64,000 nt of DNA from Heterodontus francisci. Taxonomy: Eukaryota. Positions 11,489 to 22,429 of this stretch are shown piece after piece (within the stretch, counting starts at the first letter, position 1; each line of letters opens with the position of its first letter). The stretch lies in assembly GCF_036365525.1 (NCBI RefSeq), contig NC_090378.1, forward strand, positions 121,567,593-121,631,592, given 5' to 3'. The notes below the pieces were generated by a model that had not been told where the DNA came from, made no database searches, and was given only the letters and a program-made list of their open reading frames with translations. A program made the translations under genes and the position numbers.

Positions 11489-11722
11489 AATTATTCTGCT
11501 ATTAGAAACTTCTTTTTTATTACGAGAATCAATAGCTGAAAAAATTGTCTGAATTCTGCACGTCTGAATTTAAATTTTTTTTTAAAATTTTTACTTTACT
11601 GACAAAATTATTCTGCTATTAGAAACTTCTTTCTAATTACGAGAATCAATAGTTGAAAAAATTGTCTTGATTCTACACATCTGAAGTTAAAATTTTTTTT
11701 TAAGATGACTTTACTGACAAAA
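11489..11722. repeat. Tandem duplication of a ~117-bp AT-rich unit
   Basis: AATTATTCTGCTATTAGAAACTTC...TTTACTGACAAAAT occurs twice in tandem. Confidence 0.85.
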
Positions 11723-11753
11723 TGATACTTAGAAAAAGTCAAAAAGCACAATT

Positions 11754-12490
11754 GCCGGAGTTTTACGCCCCCCAAACAAGTGGAGAAGTGACGGGGGTGG
11801 GGAGTCTAAAATTGAGTGGGAGGCCGGGGGTCTATTCCCGACCCCCTCCCACCCGTGCTCCAATTTTACACGGCGCCAGCATCGAGAAAAAGCCCACTCA
11901 CCTCAGGCCAATCGACTGGACAATTAACTGGCACTTAAGGGCCTCCGCCCACTGCCTTGGGTATTTTATCCTTGACTGGTGGGAGGCTGAGGACTCAAAA
12001 CCCCTGCCTATTGAAACCAGGAGGCCTTCTTGCAGGCTGTTGAGGGAGGGCCTCCTGATCGGGCACCCTGCGCCTCACGGAGAGCCACCCCCGAAGCCCC
12101 AACCGCTCCTAACACACAACATTCCCCCCACCCCCTAACTGACCACCCCCCCCCCCTTGCCTCGCTGGGACCAAACCGATTATTTTCGGTGAGGCCCTAA
12201 AAACCTACCTTTTTTCCAGAGCCATCCGTCACCTTGCTCGCAATGGCTGGGTGTAGTCCCAGCACTGGCCACTGCTCCCAATGGGACTAAGAGCTGCCAG
12301 CCCACTGATTGGTTGGCAGCTCCATTAGGCGGGACTTCCTGCCTCAAGAAGCTGGAAGTCCCGCCCAAGACCAATTGAAGGCCTGGGGAGTGAAAAGTCC
12401 CGGTCTGGCTCCCCAGGCCCAGTGGAGGCAGCCTCGCTATCGACTTTCCAGCCGGTGGACAGGCCTCGTGTCCAAGGAAAATTTCCTGCC
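11754..12490. mobile_element. GC-rich MITE-like element (possibly PIF/Harbinger-related)
   Basis: GC island in AT-rich DNA with imperfect inverted ends GCCGGAGTTTT.. / ..AAAATTTCCTGCC. Confidence 0.5.
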
Positions 12491-12829
12491 ATTTATTCAG
12501 GCCTATTTGATTTTGATTTTTTTTCTCGATAGATAAATTCTAGACATGTACTTTATTTATTATATTTACAAAGTCTTCATTCTCCCAGAGACACTTGGCA
12601 ATTTAGCAGGTATTAGGTTTAGAAATGCTGAATTTTGGTCTTGACGTTCCCAGTAGTTTCTATTTTCGGTAATATTTTTGAGAAAAGGTAATAACGGTAC
12701 TGAGCCCTGGTCTATACATAGTGCAGCAAAGTGATTGCCCCTTTTTGTGTTCCTATGTTCAAGCATACGGCTTCATTTGATGATCCTGCGGGAACATCAT
12801 TCCTCCTCATATATGAAAAATAATACAAA

Positions 12830-13222
12830 TTAGGAACAGGAGTAGGCCATTCGGCCCCTCGAGTCTGCTCTATCATTCAATAAGATCATGGCTGATCTGT
12901 TTATGTCTCGAAGTCCACACTCCCATCTACCCCCGATAACCTTTGATTCCCTTGCCTAACAAGAATCTATCTACCTCTGCCTTAAAAATATTCACTGACT
13001 CCGCCTGCACCACTTTCTGAGGCAGAGAGTTCCAAACCCTCTGAAAGAAAACATTTCTCCTCATCTCTGTCCTAAAAGGACGACCTCTAATTTTAAATCA
13101 GTGCCCGCTAGTTCTGGACTCACCCACAAGAGGAAACATCCTCTCCACATGCACCTTTTCAAGACTGTTCAGGATCTTATAAACTTCAATCAATTCTCCC
13201 CTCACTCTTCTAAACTCCAGTG
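12830..13222 (-). mobile_element. CR1 LINE 3' end
   Basis: AGGAACAGGAGTAGGCCATTCGGCCC hairpin tail typical of CR1 3' ends, followed by RT C-terminal sequence. Confidence 0.85.
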
Positions 13223-13756
13223 AAAACATCCCAGTCTGTCACAGCTGTGATTTTTTTGATCAATATTGCGACCCCCCCCCCCCCTCCTTTTTTTATCCCC
13301 CTCTCTATCCCATCTGAAAACCCAGTATCAGGAACGTTGAGCTGCCGTTCCTGCCCTTCTTTAAGTCATGTTTCAGTAATAACTACCATATCATACTTCC
13401 AAGAGCAGTCGAACACAATTTAACCAGCTGAACATCAAACCATCCAGTGTCTTCGTATTTTAGAATAAACTTAGCAAATGAGGCAAAAAAGAAGCAAATT
13501 AAGAATCAGTGATGCTCATTTCTAATGATTCAACACCAGCTGAAGTTCATTAACTCAGCTGTCTGTTATCTGATGTGACACATCCAAACATAGAAACACC
13601 CACAGAAACATACAGATAAATATACACATCGAACACACAAATATACAGACAGAAGACACAAATATACACAGACAACACATAAATATATACATGCAGCACA
13701 GAAATACACACAAAACACACAAACACACAGTGATTATAAATTTTTTTCTCTTTCAG

Positions 13757-14085
13757 GCCAAGAGAAGTCTCAGCCCACACTGACCCTGCTGCCCCCCTCC
13801 CCGGAGGAGGTCAAGGCCAAGGGCACTGCCACCCTGGTGTGCCTTGCCAATCACTTCTATCCCGATGAAGTAGGGGTAGAGTGGAAGAAGGATGGTGTCG
13901 TCATTTCGGCCGGGGTTCAGACTAACAACTACCTGCGAGCTTCGGATAGCACCTACAGTGTCAGCAGCCTGCTGACCATCTCTGGCTCCGACTGGGAGTC
14001 CAACGCACGCTATTCCTGTGCCCTTACCCACAAGACCCTGTCCTGTCCCATCAGTAAGAGTGTCAGCAGATCAGAATGTGTGTAG
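13757..14085 (+). CDS. IGKC: Immunoglobulin light-chain constant exon, kappa-like (type III/NS4-like)
   Basis: Acceptor TTTTCTCTTTCAG|GC; (S)QEKSQPTLTLLPPSPEEVKAKGTATLVCLANHFYPDEVGVEWKKDG...STYSVSSLLTISGSDWESNARYSCALTHKTLSCPISKSVSRSECV*. C1-set Cys/Trp/Cys plus the penultimate H-L Cys; in frame with J. Confidence 0.96.
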
Positions 14086-14241
14086 CGTGTTAGAGACAGT
14101 CTGCTGAGGAGACACAACTTTAAATATAACAGGGGTGAGCTGGGAGGACAAAAGTCATTGTCAGCACGGAATTTCAACTCTCTTCCTTCTTGTGACTGGG
14201 TCTGAGACACTTCTGAGGATCAGGGGTTAAGGCACGAAATT

Positions 14242-14279
14242 GGGACAGTGTAGAGGGAGCTTTACTCTGTATCTAACCC
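14242..14279 (+). repeat. 5' half of a shark ~60-bp tandem-repeat unit (3' half at 19461-19503)
   Basis: GGGACAGTGTAGAGGGAGCTTTACTCTGTATCTAACCC joins CGTGCTGTATCTGCCCTGGGAGTGTTTGATTGGACAATGTAGA across the Tx1 insertion; the 3' piece runs into the start of a second unit (GGACAATGTAGA ~ GGACAGTGTAGA). Confidence 0.8.
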
Positions 14280-14327
14280 ATTTTATTTTTCTTTTTTTCT
14301 TTATTAAAAACAGAAATAAACAAAAAC

Positions 14328-16803
14328 TCAAATTAAAATGCCATTTTCGGCGTCGACAATGCACTCCAGTCCCTGCGGTGCCCACCGGTCGCGGAAGGCC
14401 TCAAGCGTACCGGCGGATACCGCATGCTCCTTCTCCAGGGACACCCGGGCGCGAACGTAACCGCAGAAGAGGGGCAGGCAATCGGGGATGACGGACCCCC
14501 CGACGGCCCGCAACCTGGACCTGTGAATTGCCACCTTGGCCAGGCCCAGGAGCAGACCGACGAGGAGATCCTCCTCCCGGCCCAAACCCCTCCGCACCGG
14601 GTGCCCAAAGATCAGGAGCGTGGGACTGAAGTGCAGCCAGAATTTGAGGAGCAGCCCCTTCAGATACTCATAGAGGGGCTGCAACCTCGCACACTCCGTA
14701 TAAACATGGAACACGGACTCGTCCAGGCCGCAGAAAGTACAGGTGGCCTGGGAGTCCGTGAACCTACTTAAAAGCCTATTGCACGGGACTGCTCTGTGCA
14801 GCACCCTCCACCCCAAGTCCCCGATGTAAAGAGGGAAGACTCCCGCGTAGAGAGACCTCCATCGGGGTTTCCCCTCACCGCCAGATGGCAACGTGGACCG
14901 CCAGGGCGTGGCCGGCCAGCTGACGATGGCGAGGAAGTGGATAGTGTGCAGGAACAGCCCGTACAGGAAACCCCTCCGTGCCATTCCAATCGAAAAGGTA
15001 TACGTGATCCACCCTGTCGAACGCCTTCTCCTGATCGAGGGAGAGAAAGGCGACCGACTGACCAGTCCTCTGGGAAAGATGGATCAGGTCCCGGACCAGG
15101 TGGATGTTGTCTTGGATGGACCGGCCCGGGACCGTGTAGGACTGGTCGGGGTGGATCATGTGGGCCAGCACGGAGCCCAGGCGGGTAGACATAGCCCGGG
15201 CAAAGATCTTATAATCCGTGCTGAGGAGGGAGACCGGACGCCAGTTTTTAAGCAGGCGGAGATTGCCCTTCTTCGGCAGCAGGACGATGACCGCCCTGCG
15301 CCACGAGAGGGGCATCTCCCCGGTCGCCGGGCTTTCCCCCAGGACCCGCGCGTAATCGTCCCCCAGGACGTCCCAGAACGCCCTGAGGAACTCCACGGTC
15401 AACCCATCCAGCCCTGGGGATTTGCCTCGAGAGCTGGTGGAGGGCACCAGTCAGTTCTGCCAACGTGAGCGGAGCCTCCAATCATTCGGCGTCCTCCGGG
15501 CTGACCTGCGGCAGGTCCTCCCACAAAACTCTGCGCGCATCCTCGCTGGACGGATCCGGAGAGAACGCACTGTAATAAGTACGGACCAGGAGGCCCATTC
15601 CCTCCGGATCCGTGATGGAGGATCCGTCGTCGGCCAGCAGCTCAACGAGCTGCTTACGGACCCCCCGCCATTTTTCCAGCGAGTAGAAGAAGGGTGAGGC
15701 GCAGTCCAAATCTTCCAGGATCCGGATCCGCGACCTCACGTACGTGCCTCGGGACCCTATGAGCTGCAGGTCCCTCAGCGCGCCCTTCTTTTTGTACGCC
15801 TGCCACAGGGCCGGGTCTGCGACGGCATGACCGAGGCGGGACTCCATGTCGAGCACCTCCCTCTCAAGGCGCTCGATCTCGGCTTCCTGCCTCTTGGTCG
15901 ACCCCTTCGCGTACTCCTGACAGAAGACGCGGATGTGAGTCCTGCCCACATCCCACCATAGCCTCAAGGAGGGGAAGCCCCCCTGCTTCCTTCTCCAGTC
16001 GGCCCAGAATCGACAGAACGAGTCCCGAAATCGCTCGTCCTCCAGCAGCCGGTTGTTAAAGTGCCAGTACGTGGACCCTGCCCGCATGCGGAGCGGAGTG
16101 AACTCCACCCACACCAGGTGGTGGTCCGAGCACGGCACCAGCCGCATGGAGGCCGCCGAGACGCGGGAGACGTACGCCTGCGAAATGTAGAGGCGGTCGA
16201 TTCGGGACCCTCCTCCTCCAGACCTCCACGTGAAGGCGCTGGAGTCGGGATGGAGATTCCGCCAGACGTCCACCATGTTAAGGGAGCTGATCAGTCCCCT
16301 CAACTTCTCCACCGACGCTTGGCCGCGCTGGGGACCGGAGCAATCCCCCACCTCGAGGGTGCAGTTAAAATCCCCCCCCCCCCCCGAGGATGATGCACTC
16401 GCCGCTATCGATGGAGCTCAAGAGAGCAGACACTTCTTCAAAGAAGCGCGCTTGCAACGTGCCGGGCCTGGGCGCGTACACGTTCAAAGTGTAGCGGCAC
16501 GCTACCCAGGCGAATGGCGAGGTGGAGCAAGCGGCCCGGCACTAGCTCCTTGACCCCCAAGATCTCCGGCTGAAAAGTCGGGGCCAACAAGATAGCCACC
16601 CCACTAGAAATAGGGGTGAGGTGACTCATGTAGACCCCACCCTGCCACTCCAGGAGCCAGGTGGCTTCGTCTCCCGGAACGGTGTGGGTTTCCTGCAGAA
16701 AGCTCACCGCGTATCTCCCTTCCCTGAGGACTGAGAGATTGTGAAATCTGCAGTGAGACCCTCTGCTGCCGTTGATGTTGAGGCTGGCTATGGTTACCTT
16801 CAT
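14328..16803 (-). pseudogene. Tx1 ORF2 (APE endonuclease-RT), frameshifted and deleted at ~14991
   Basis: MKVTIASLNING..FLQETH..SRIDRLYIS..SDHHLV..KSPGLDGL..NWRPVSLLSTDYKIF..LDQEKAFDRVDH, then a direct jump to the C-terminal region; GxxQG and YADD motifs absent. Confidence 0.9.
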
Positions 16804-16835
16804 GTCAAAGGTACTTAAAACCCGTCACCAACAGC

Positions 16836-18846
16836 TCACTGTGAGGAGGGAGTGGAAGTGCACCTGGCCTTCCACTCCCCCAGCAACCCATTGAGGAACA
16901 CATTAAAACGGCCCCTCTCAACCAGTTTCACGCCCGTGCGCTTGCCCGCTTTCTTCAGGGCGGCACGGACGGACTGTATGATCTGCGCCAGATTCGACCA
17001 ACGGCCGAGGGCCAGCTGAACTTTATCGCGGCAACCCCTGCAAGCCGCGAGGAAATCCTGGAGTTCCACCATGGGGATAAGGGGAGATTCGGTGGGAGGC
17101 ACGAGGGACTCCACCACCTCACTGGCGATGGAATCAAGGTCATCCTCCGTGCCCCACACCGAATCCCCATCCTCCTCCGGGTCGTCACCGCCAGCGGCTG
17201 ACACATCCACCACACACTGTGGGGCGGACGTCCCGGCCGCGCCAGCTGGTCCTGCCTCCATCACGATCCCACCCCCAGGATCGATGGCGGAGGAGTCCTC
17301 TCCGGGTTCTACTGAGAAACTGGAGCCTGTGGGCGCCAGCAGTTCAGGATGCCCCTCCACATCCGTCCCCAGGCCAATGAGTGGTCCAGGGGAGACAGAA
17401 GTTCCCAACTCCGGAGCAGAGACCAGAGGCGGAGGGAGGAGGCTATCTCCTGCTCCGCCAGCACCCACAGGCCCAGCAGATGGGGCAGCATTCTCGGTTA
17501 TAACCGGGTCGGGTGTCTCCTGGTTGGTGGTGGACTCCGGCTGGGAGGGCTGATACTCTGGGTCCTCGCCCTCCCCTTCACTCAGGGCACCCGACCCAGT
17601 AGCAGTGGCAGAATGGGCGGCGTCCTCAGGCTCCCCCACCACAAGCAGGGCCCCACTTACTCCTTCAGGAGGGGCCTCAAGTACCGGGGCCTTCCCCTCC
17701 CCTCCATCCTGAGGAATAGGGTGCTCCTGCCTGGACTTTGTCGCCTTGGTGGTGGCGGTAGGGGAAACCTGGGGACCCGAAACAGGAGACAGCTCCCCTC
17801 CAACAGATGGGCCCTGCGCCTCAGGGCCCCTCGTTACCTCTGTGGAGGGGTGCCTTCTCCTCTTTTTCCCGCCAGAACGCAGAGGCTCAGAGACCTCCAT
17901 GTCATCAGAGGCCTCCGCACCCTCGTCCTTTTTAGTCACCCTAGGCCTGAGCCCAGCCCTGGGACAGGTGGATTCCATGAGAACGGGCTTTGGGCTGAGC
18001 TCAGGCTCGGGTCGTTTCAATATGTCCAGGGGATGCGCCTCTTGATGTTTCTTTTGCCTCCGTGTCTTCCTTCCACTCAGACGGGCACTCCCCTCCCCAC
18101 TGGAGGCTGTGAAAACCACAGCCTCCAGAACCGACTGTTGGATGTGTGGGGGGAGTGGGAGGAGGTGCTGTGGAACCACTCTGGGCCACCGAGGTGGAGC
18201 TGGCGGCCGGGAGGTTGGGGCAGTTCTTACGAACATGCCCCACCCCCTTACAGACGTGGCACCGCGCTCCGTCCGAGGTCCAAAAGACGTGGTAGGCCAT
18301 GCCCTGGAACTCCACATTAAATTGGCCTTCCAAGTCCTCCTCCCGCGCCAGCTGCATAAATAAATGGCGGCGGAAGGAGTAGACATGTTGGAGGCTGTGT
18401 TCCCGAAGACCAAGCCGGACTGGGGTGATCCCTGACCTCACCTCCCCCAGATGGTGTAGGTGGGGGAGGAGGAGCTCACTGGGAATGAAGGGTGGGACGT
18501 TTGATAACATTATCCACTGCGCAGTGGCCCCCAGAGGGTCCACCGACAGGAAGGTCACCCCCACAGTGAGCCCCTTATTCAGGGCCAGGGACACGGCCCG
18601 CTCAGTCTTTAGAAAAAACACAGCCTTCCCATACATCTTTGAGGCCGCAACAATAGCCGAGGGGCTGACAACCTCGGCCAATGCCTTCACACAGGCCTTA
18701 ATGGACATGTTGGGGTGGGGATAGCTCGTCACCCCATGGCTGGATGTTATTAATTTAAAAGGTGACGGGGCCACGTGGGCAGCCACAGAGGCTGCAGCTG
18801 CATAGGTTGTAGAGGGCCCCGCCACCTGTGATGAAGGGCTTGCCAT
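16836..18846 (-). pseudogene. Tx1 ORF1 (gag-like RRM + zinc knuckle), one frameshift near 18.1-18.2 kb
   Basis: MASPSSQVAG..ASKMYGKAVFFL..LSNVPPFIP..CHVCKGVGHVRKNC, then a long Pro/Ser/Glu-rich tail in another frame. Confidence 0.88.
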
Positions 18847-19696
18847 GGGTCTAAGAGCTAACCCACCCCAAATTGTAGGCTTGAAAATAACTATGCACAA
18901 AACAAACAAACAACAGGTTAGGGGAGAGGCTGAGGGAATAGAGGAGAGGGAAAGACAGGCTGTAAGTGATGACTTTCTTTCCTTTCTGGAGGTGGTGCAC
19001 ACAGCACACTTAAAACAGTCTCTGCCAGCACACTTGGTCTTACGATCTTCTGGTTGGGGGAGGCATCTTCACCTGGGTCAGCTGAAGCTGCCCAGGCACT
19101 ATTTATCCCCATCTGTGTATTAGCCAGGCAGCTTCAGCTGACTCAGGCTGGGCAATTGGGGTGGGGAGGGAGCTTCCCTGCAACTTTAGTGCAACTGCAC
19201 AGCTCCCTGCAGAATTCTATGGCCCCCACCCCTTGTTCTTCTGGCCTCTTACACCTCCCACAACAGTCCAAATGAAATGAGTCTGTGCTCAACACCCACC
19301 TCCAAATACAGACTTATTCCAAAAGTCTTTCCTCTGCAGCAAATGTTGAAAGTTTTTGCAGTTCCCTCCTCAGCACTCCCTCTCCAGCAGCACCTCCAGC
19401 AACTGTCAGCTGCACCTAATTGAGGCACTCAGTATTCCCAATCACAGAGGAGCCAATCCCCGTGCTGTATCTGCCCTGGGAGTGTTTGATTGGACAATGT
19501 AGACTCGTGCTGCCAAGTAAAACCTCTCGAAGATGCTGAAGACTGTCAGCTGAGCTAAAATAATGTGAACCTCAGAAGTCGCCGCTCAGTAAACCAGACC
19601 TCCTTCCTGCTCACTCTGCAGTTACAATTTAAAGTTTAGTCTCTGTTTAAAGCGACAGGATTCTCATGTTATTGAGAAAATCTCCACAACTGTTTT

Positions 19697-19797
19697 AATA
19701 AACCTCCATTCTCCCTGTGAATTTCTCCAGCTTCCTCTCGCTGGGCTGTTTATTCAAGTCTTTTTACTGTAAATGTAAATCTGTAAAAGGTAATAAA
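19697..19797 (+). terminator. Probable native IgL C polyadenylation signals (AATAAA at 19697 and 19792)
   Basis: First AATAAA hexamers after the C stop codon once the Tx1 insertion is removed; none in 14086-14279. Confidence 0.6.
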
Positions 19798-20309
19798 CAT
19801 TAAGAATATTGAGTAAATGTCTTGGGAGTGCTTTGGAAATGTCCCACCTTCCTGTCAGCTGATTAGATTCACTTGCTGAAATGCAGCCAATGATTGGCTG
19901 GTTGAGCTGTCAATCAATAACATGTCAGCAGCAGATTTGATCCAAAGCCAATTGTCAATCATATTAAAATGATCAGTTTTATCTCAAATCCCTTGAGATT
20001 ACAAGATTAAAAACAGAAACTGAAAGCAGCTGGGATTAAATCATCACAATCCCAGCATTCATACTTCACTCTGCACACTGGAGGTGTAGGTCTAGCCCCA
20101 GCTCGTGGGATCACACTGTGCGTTTTATGCTGACTGCTGAGTAATACCTGAAATGAGACTGGGACAATCTCAGGACTGCAGACCACAGTCATAATGTTTA
20201 TTTCTCTAACCTTAACCAGTGGCTCGTGGTAACAGCACAAAACTGAATGAAGTGAGGTCTCAGTTTAGAGACAGGAGCAGTCAGGGTATCACTGTGTACG
20301 TGACCCAGA

Positions 20310-21368
20310 GTGTGGGTGTGACTGTTACCCAGTACTGTCTGTTGGTGAGTGTCTCTGTGTGTGGGTGTGTTACCCAGTACTGTCTGTAGGTGTGCATCTG
20401 AGTGTGGGTGTGTTACCTAGTACTGTCTGTAGGTGTGCATCTGAGTGTGGGTGTGTTACCCAGTACTGTCTGTAGGTGTGCATCTCTGCATGTGGGTGTG
20501 TTACCCAGTACTGTCTGTAGGTGTGCATCTGAGTGTGGGTGTGTTACCTAGTACTGTCTGTAGGTGTGCATCTGAGTGTGGGTGTGTTACCTAGTACTGT
20601 CTGTAGGTGTGCATCTCTGCATGTGGGTGTGTTACCCAGTACTGTCTGTAGGTGTGCGTCTCTGAGTGTGGGTGTGTTACCCAGTACTGTCTGTAGGTGT
20701 GCATCTGAGTGTGGGTGTGTTACCCAGTACTATCTGTAGGTGTGTGTCTCTGAGCGTGTGTGTGTTACCCAGTACAGTCTGTAGATGTGCGTCTCTGAGT
20801 GTGGGTGTGTTACCCAGTACTGTCTGTAGGTGTGCATCTGAGCGTGTGTGTGTTACCCAGTACAGTCTGTAGATGTGCGTCTCTGAGTGTGGGTGTGTTA
20901 CCCAGTACTGTCTGTAGGTGTGTGTCTCTGAGTGTGGGTGTGTTACCCAGTACTATCTGTAGGTGTGCGTCTCTGAGTGTGGGTGTGTTACCCAGTACTG
21001 TCTGTAGGTGTGCGTCTCTGAGTGTGGGTGTGTTACCCAGTACTGTCTGTAGGTGTGCGTCTCTGAGTGTGGGTGTGTTACCCAGTACTGTCTGTAGGTG
21101 TGCATCTGAGTGTGGGTGTGTTACCCAGTACTATCTGTAGGTGTGTGTCTCTGAGCGTGTGTGTGTTACCCAGTACAGTCTGTAGATGTGCGTCTCTGAG
21201 TGTGGGTGTGTTACCCAGTACTGTCTGTAGGTGTGCATCTGAGCGTGTGTGTGTTACCCAGTACAGTCTGTAGATGTGCGTCTCTGAGTGTGGGTGTGTT
21301 ACCCAGTACTGTCTGTAGGTGTGTGTGTCTGAGTGTGGGTGTGACTGCTACCCAGTTCCATCTGTAGG
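20310..21368. repeat. 43/45-bp minisatellite, ~24 copies
   Basis: GTGTGGGTGTGTTACCCAGTACTGTCTGTAGGTGTGCRTCT(CT)GA; 133-bp higher-order periodicity visible in the ORF offsets. Confidence 0.95.
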
Positions 21369-22429
21369 TGGTTGAGGAGCTGATTAAGATATCATTAATG
21401 GGAGGTGCTGAGATTTTCACAGGGCCGTACAGAGTTCACACGCTGTCACGGTCAGAGCAGGTGAAGGGAGGCAGGCACACAGTGGGGAGCCAGTCATGGC
21501 CACTCAGGGAATTAGCTGGACCCCAGGAAAGGGTGAATGGGGCAGAGGGGGACTCGGCCATTGAGAAACAGTCTCTCTTGGTGCAGTGCAGTCTGCTGTT
21601 GTTGAGTTCTGAAATTGCATTGTACATTTTGTTAACTTGAAGCCACTGTAGAACACACATGCTAGCAAAGGAAAATTGAAAGTAAAGCTGAATAAAGAAG
21701 AAGCCTTTGTGTTCAGCAGCATGCTGTGTCTGTCTTTACCTCATATTTTTACTGAACTTACCTCAACCTCACTCCAGTCCCGAGAACATTACAATGACAA
21801 CGAGGTAAATAGTTAAGGATGGTAAAAAACTGGAAAGATTGCTTTCAGGGATGAAATTTTTGGAAGGTTTTTGTCTATTTTTACAAACAGCATTTTAAGT
21901 TGGAGACTGTGTTAGAGTAATACACAGGAAGCTTGTGCAGTGTATACTCACACACTGATCTCTCCAAAATAACCATCCAAACAGAAAAGTAGAAATAATC
22001 TCAAATCGTTGCAGAGAGGTTTCCTCTGAAAGGAACACAATCCCAGATCCTTTATCACAGTGTTGCTGATCAATATGGTGTCCTTTATGCACAATCTCCC
22101 ACCTTTTGATGTGAATTCAGAACCATCATCCTGTTTCCCCACGTTGAAAAACTTGGCTGAGACTTTTCCAAGGTGCGATGACAGGTTTCGCAATGACAGA
22201 CATCACAAGGAAAAAGGCCTTACTTGGACACTATGGAGGTGAAGAATTAGAACATGTTTGTCCAACATACATGGGCCAGACTCAAACACTCCAAGCTTTT
22301 CCATTTGCCCCATGGGGGCAAACTGCCTGAATGTCAGGCACATCAGTGGGCAGCTAGAGTTTTGTTAGGACCCCATTCCCAAACACCATTCACATCCTAT
22401 CTCTATTATCCCAATTTATGGTGAGTGCA

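Larger units (their letters stand above)
14280..19460 (-). mobile_element. Tx1-like non-LTR retrotransposon with both ends, internal RT deletion
   Basis: 5'UTR, ORF1 with a CCHC knuckle, ORF2 with APE endonuclease, partial RT and CxxC..H C-terminus; T-rich tail at 14280-14302. Confidence 0.95.

Noticed and set aside
20114-20296. CACTGTG heptamers at 20114 and 20290 as extra J segments
   Set aside because: No nonamer at 12 or 23 nt and no FGxG coding sequence follows.
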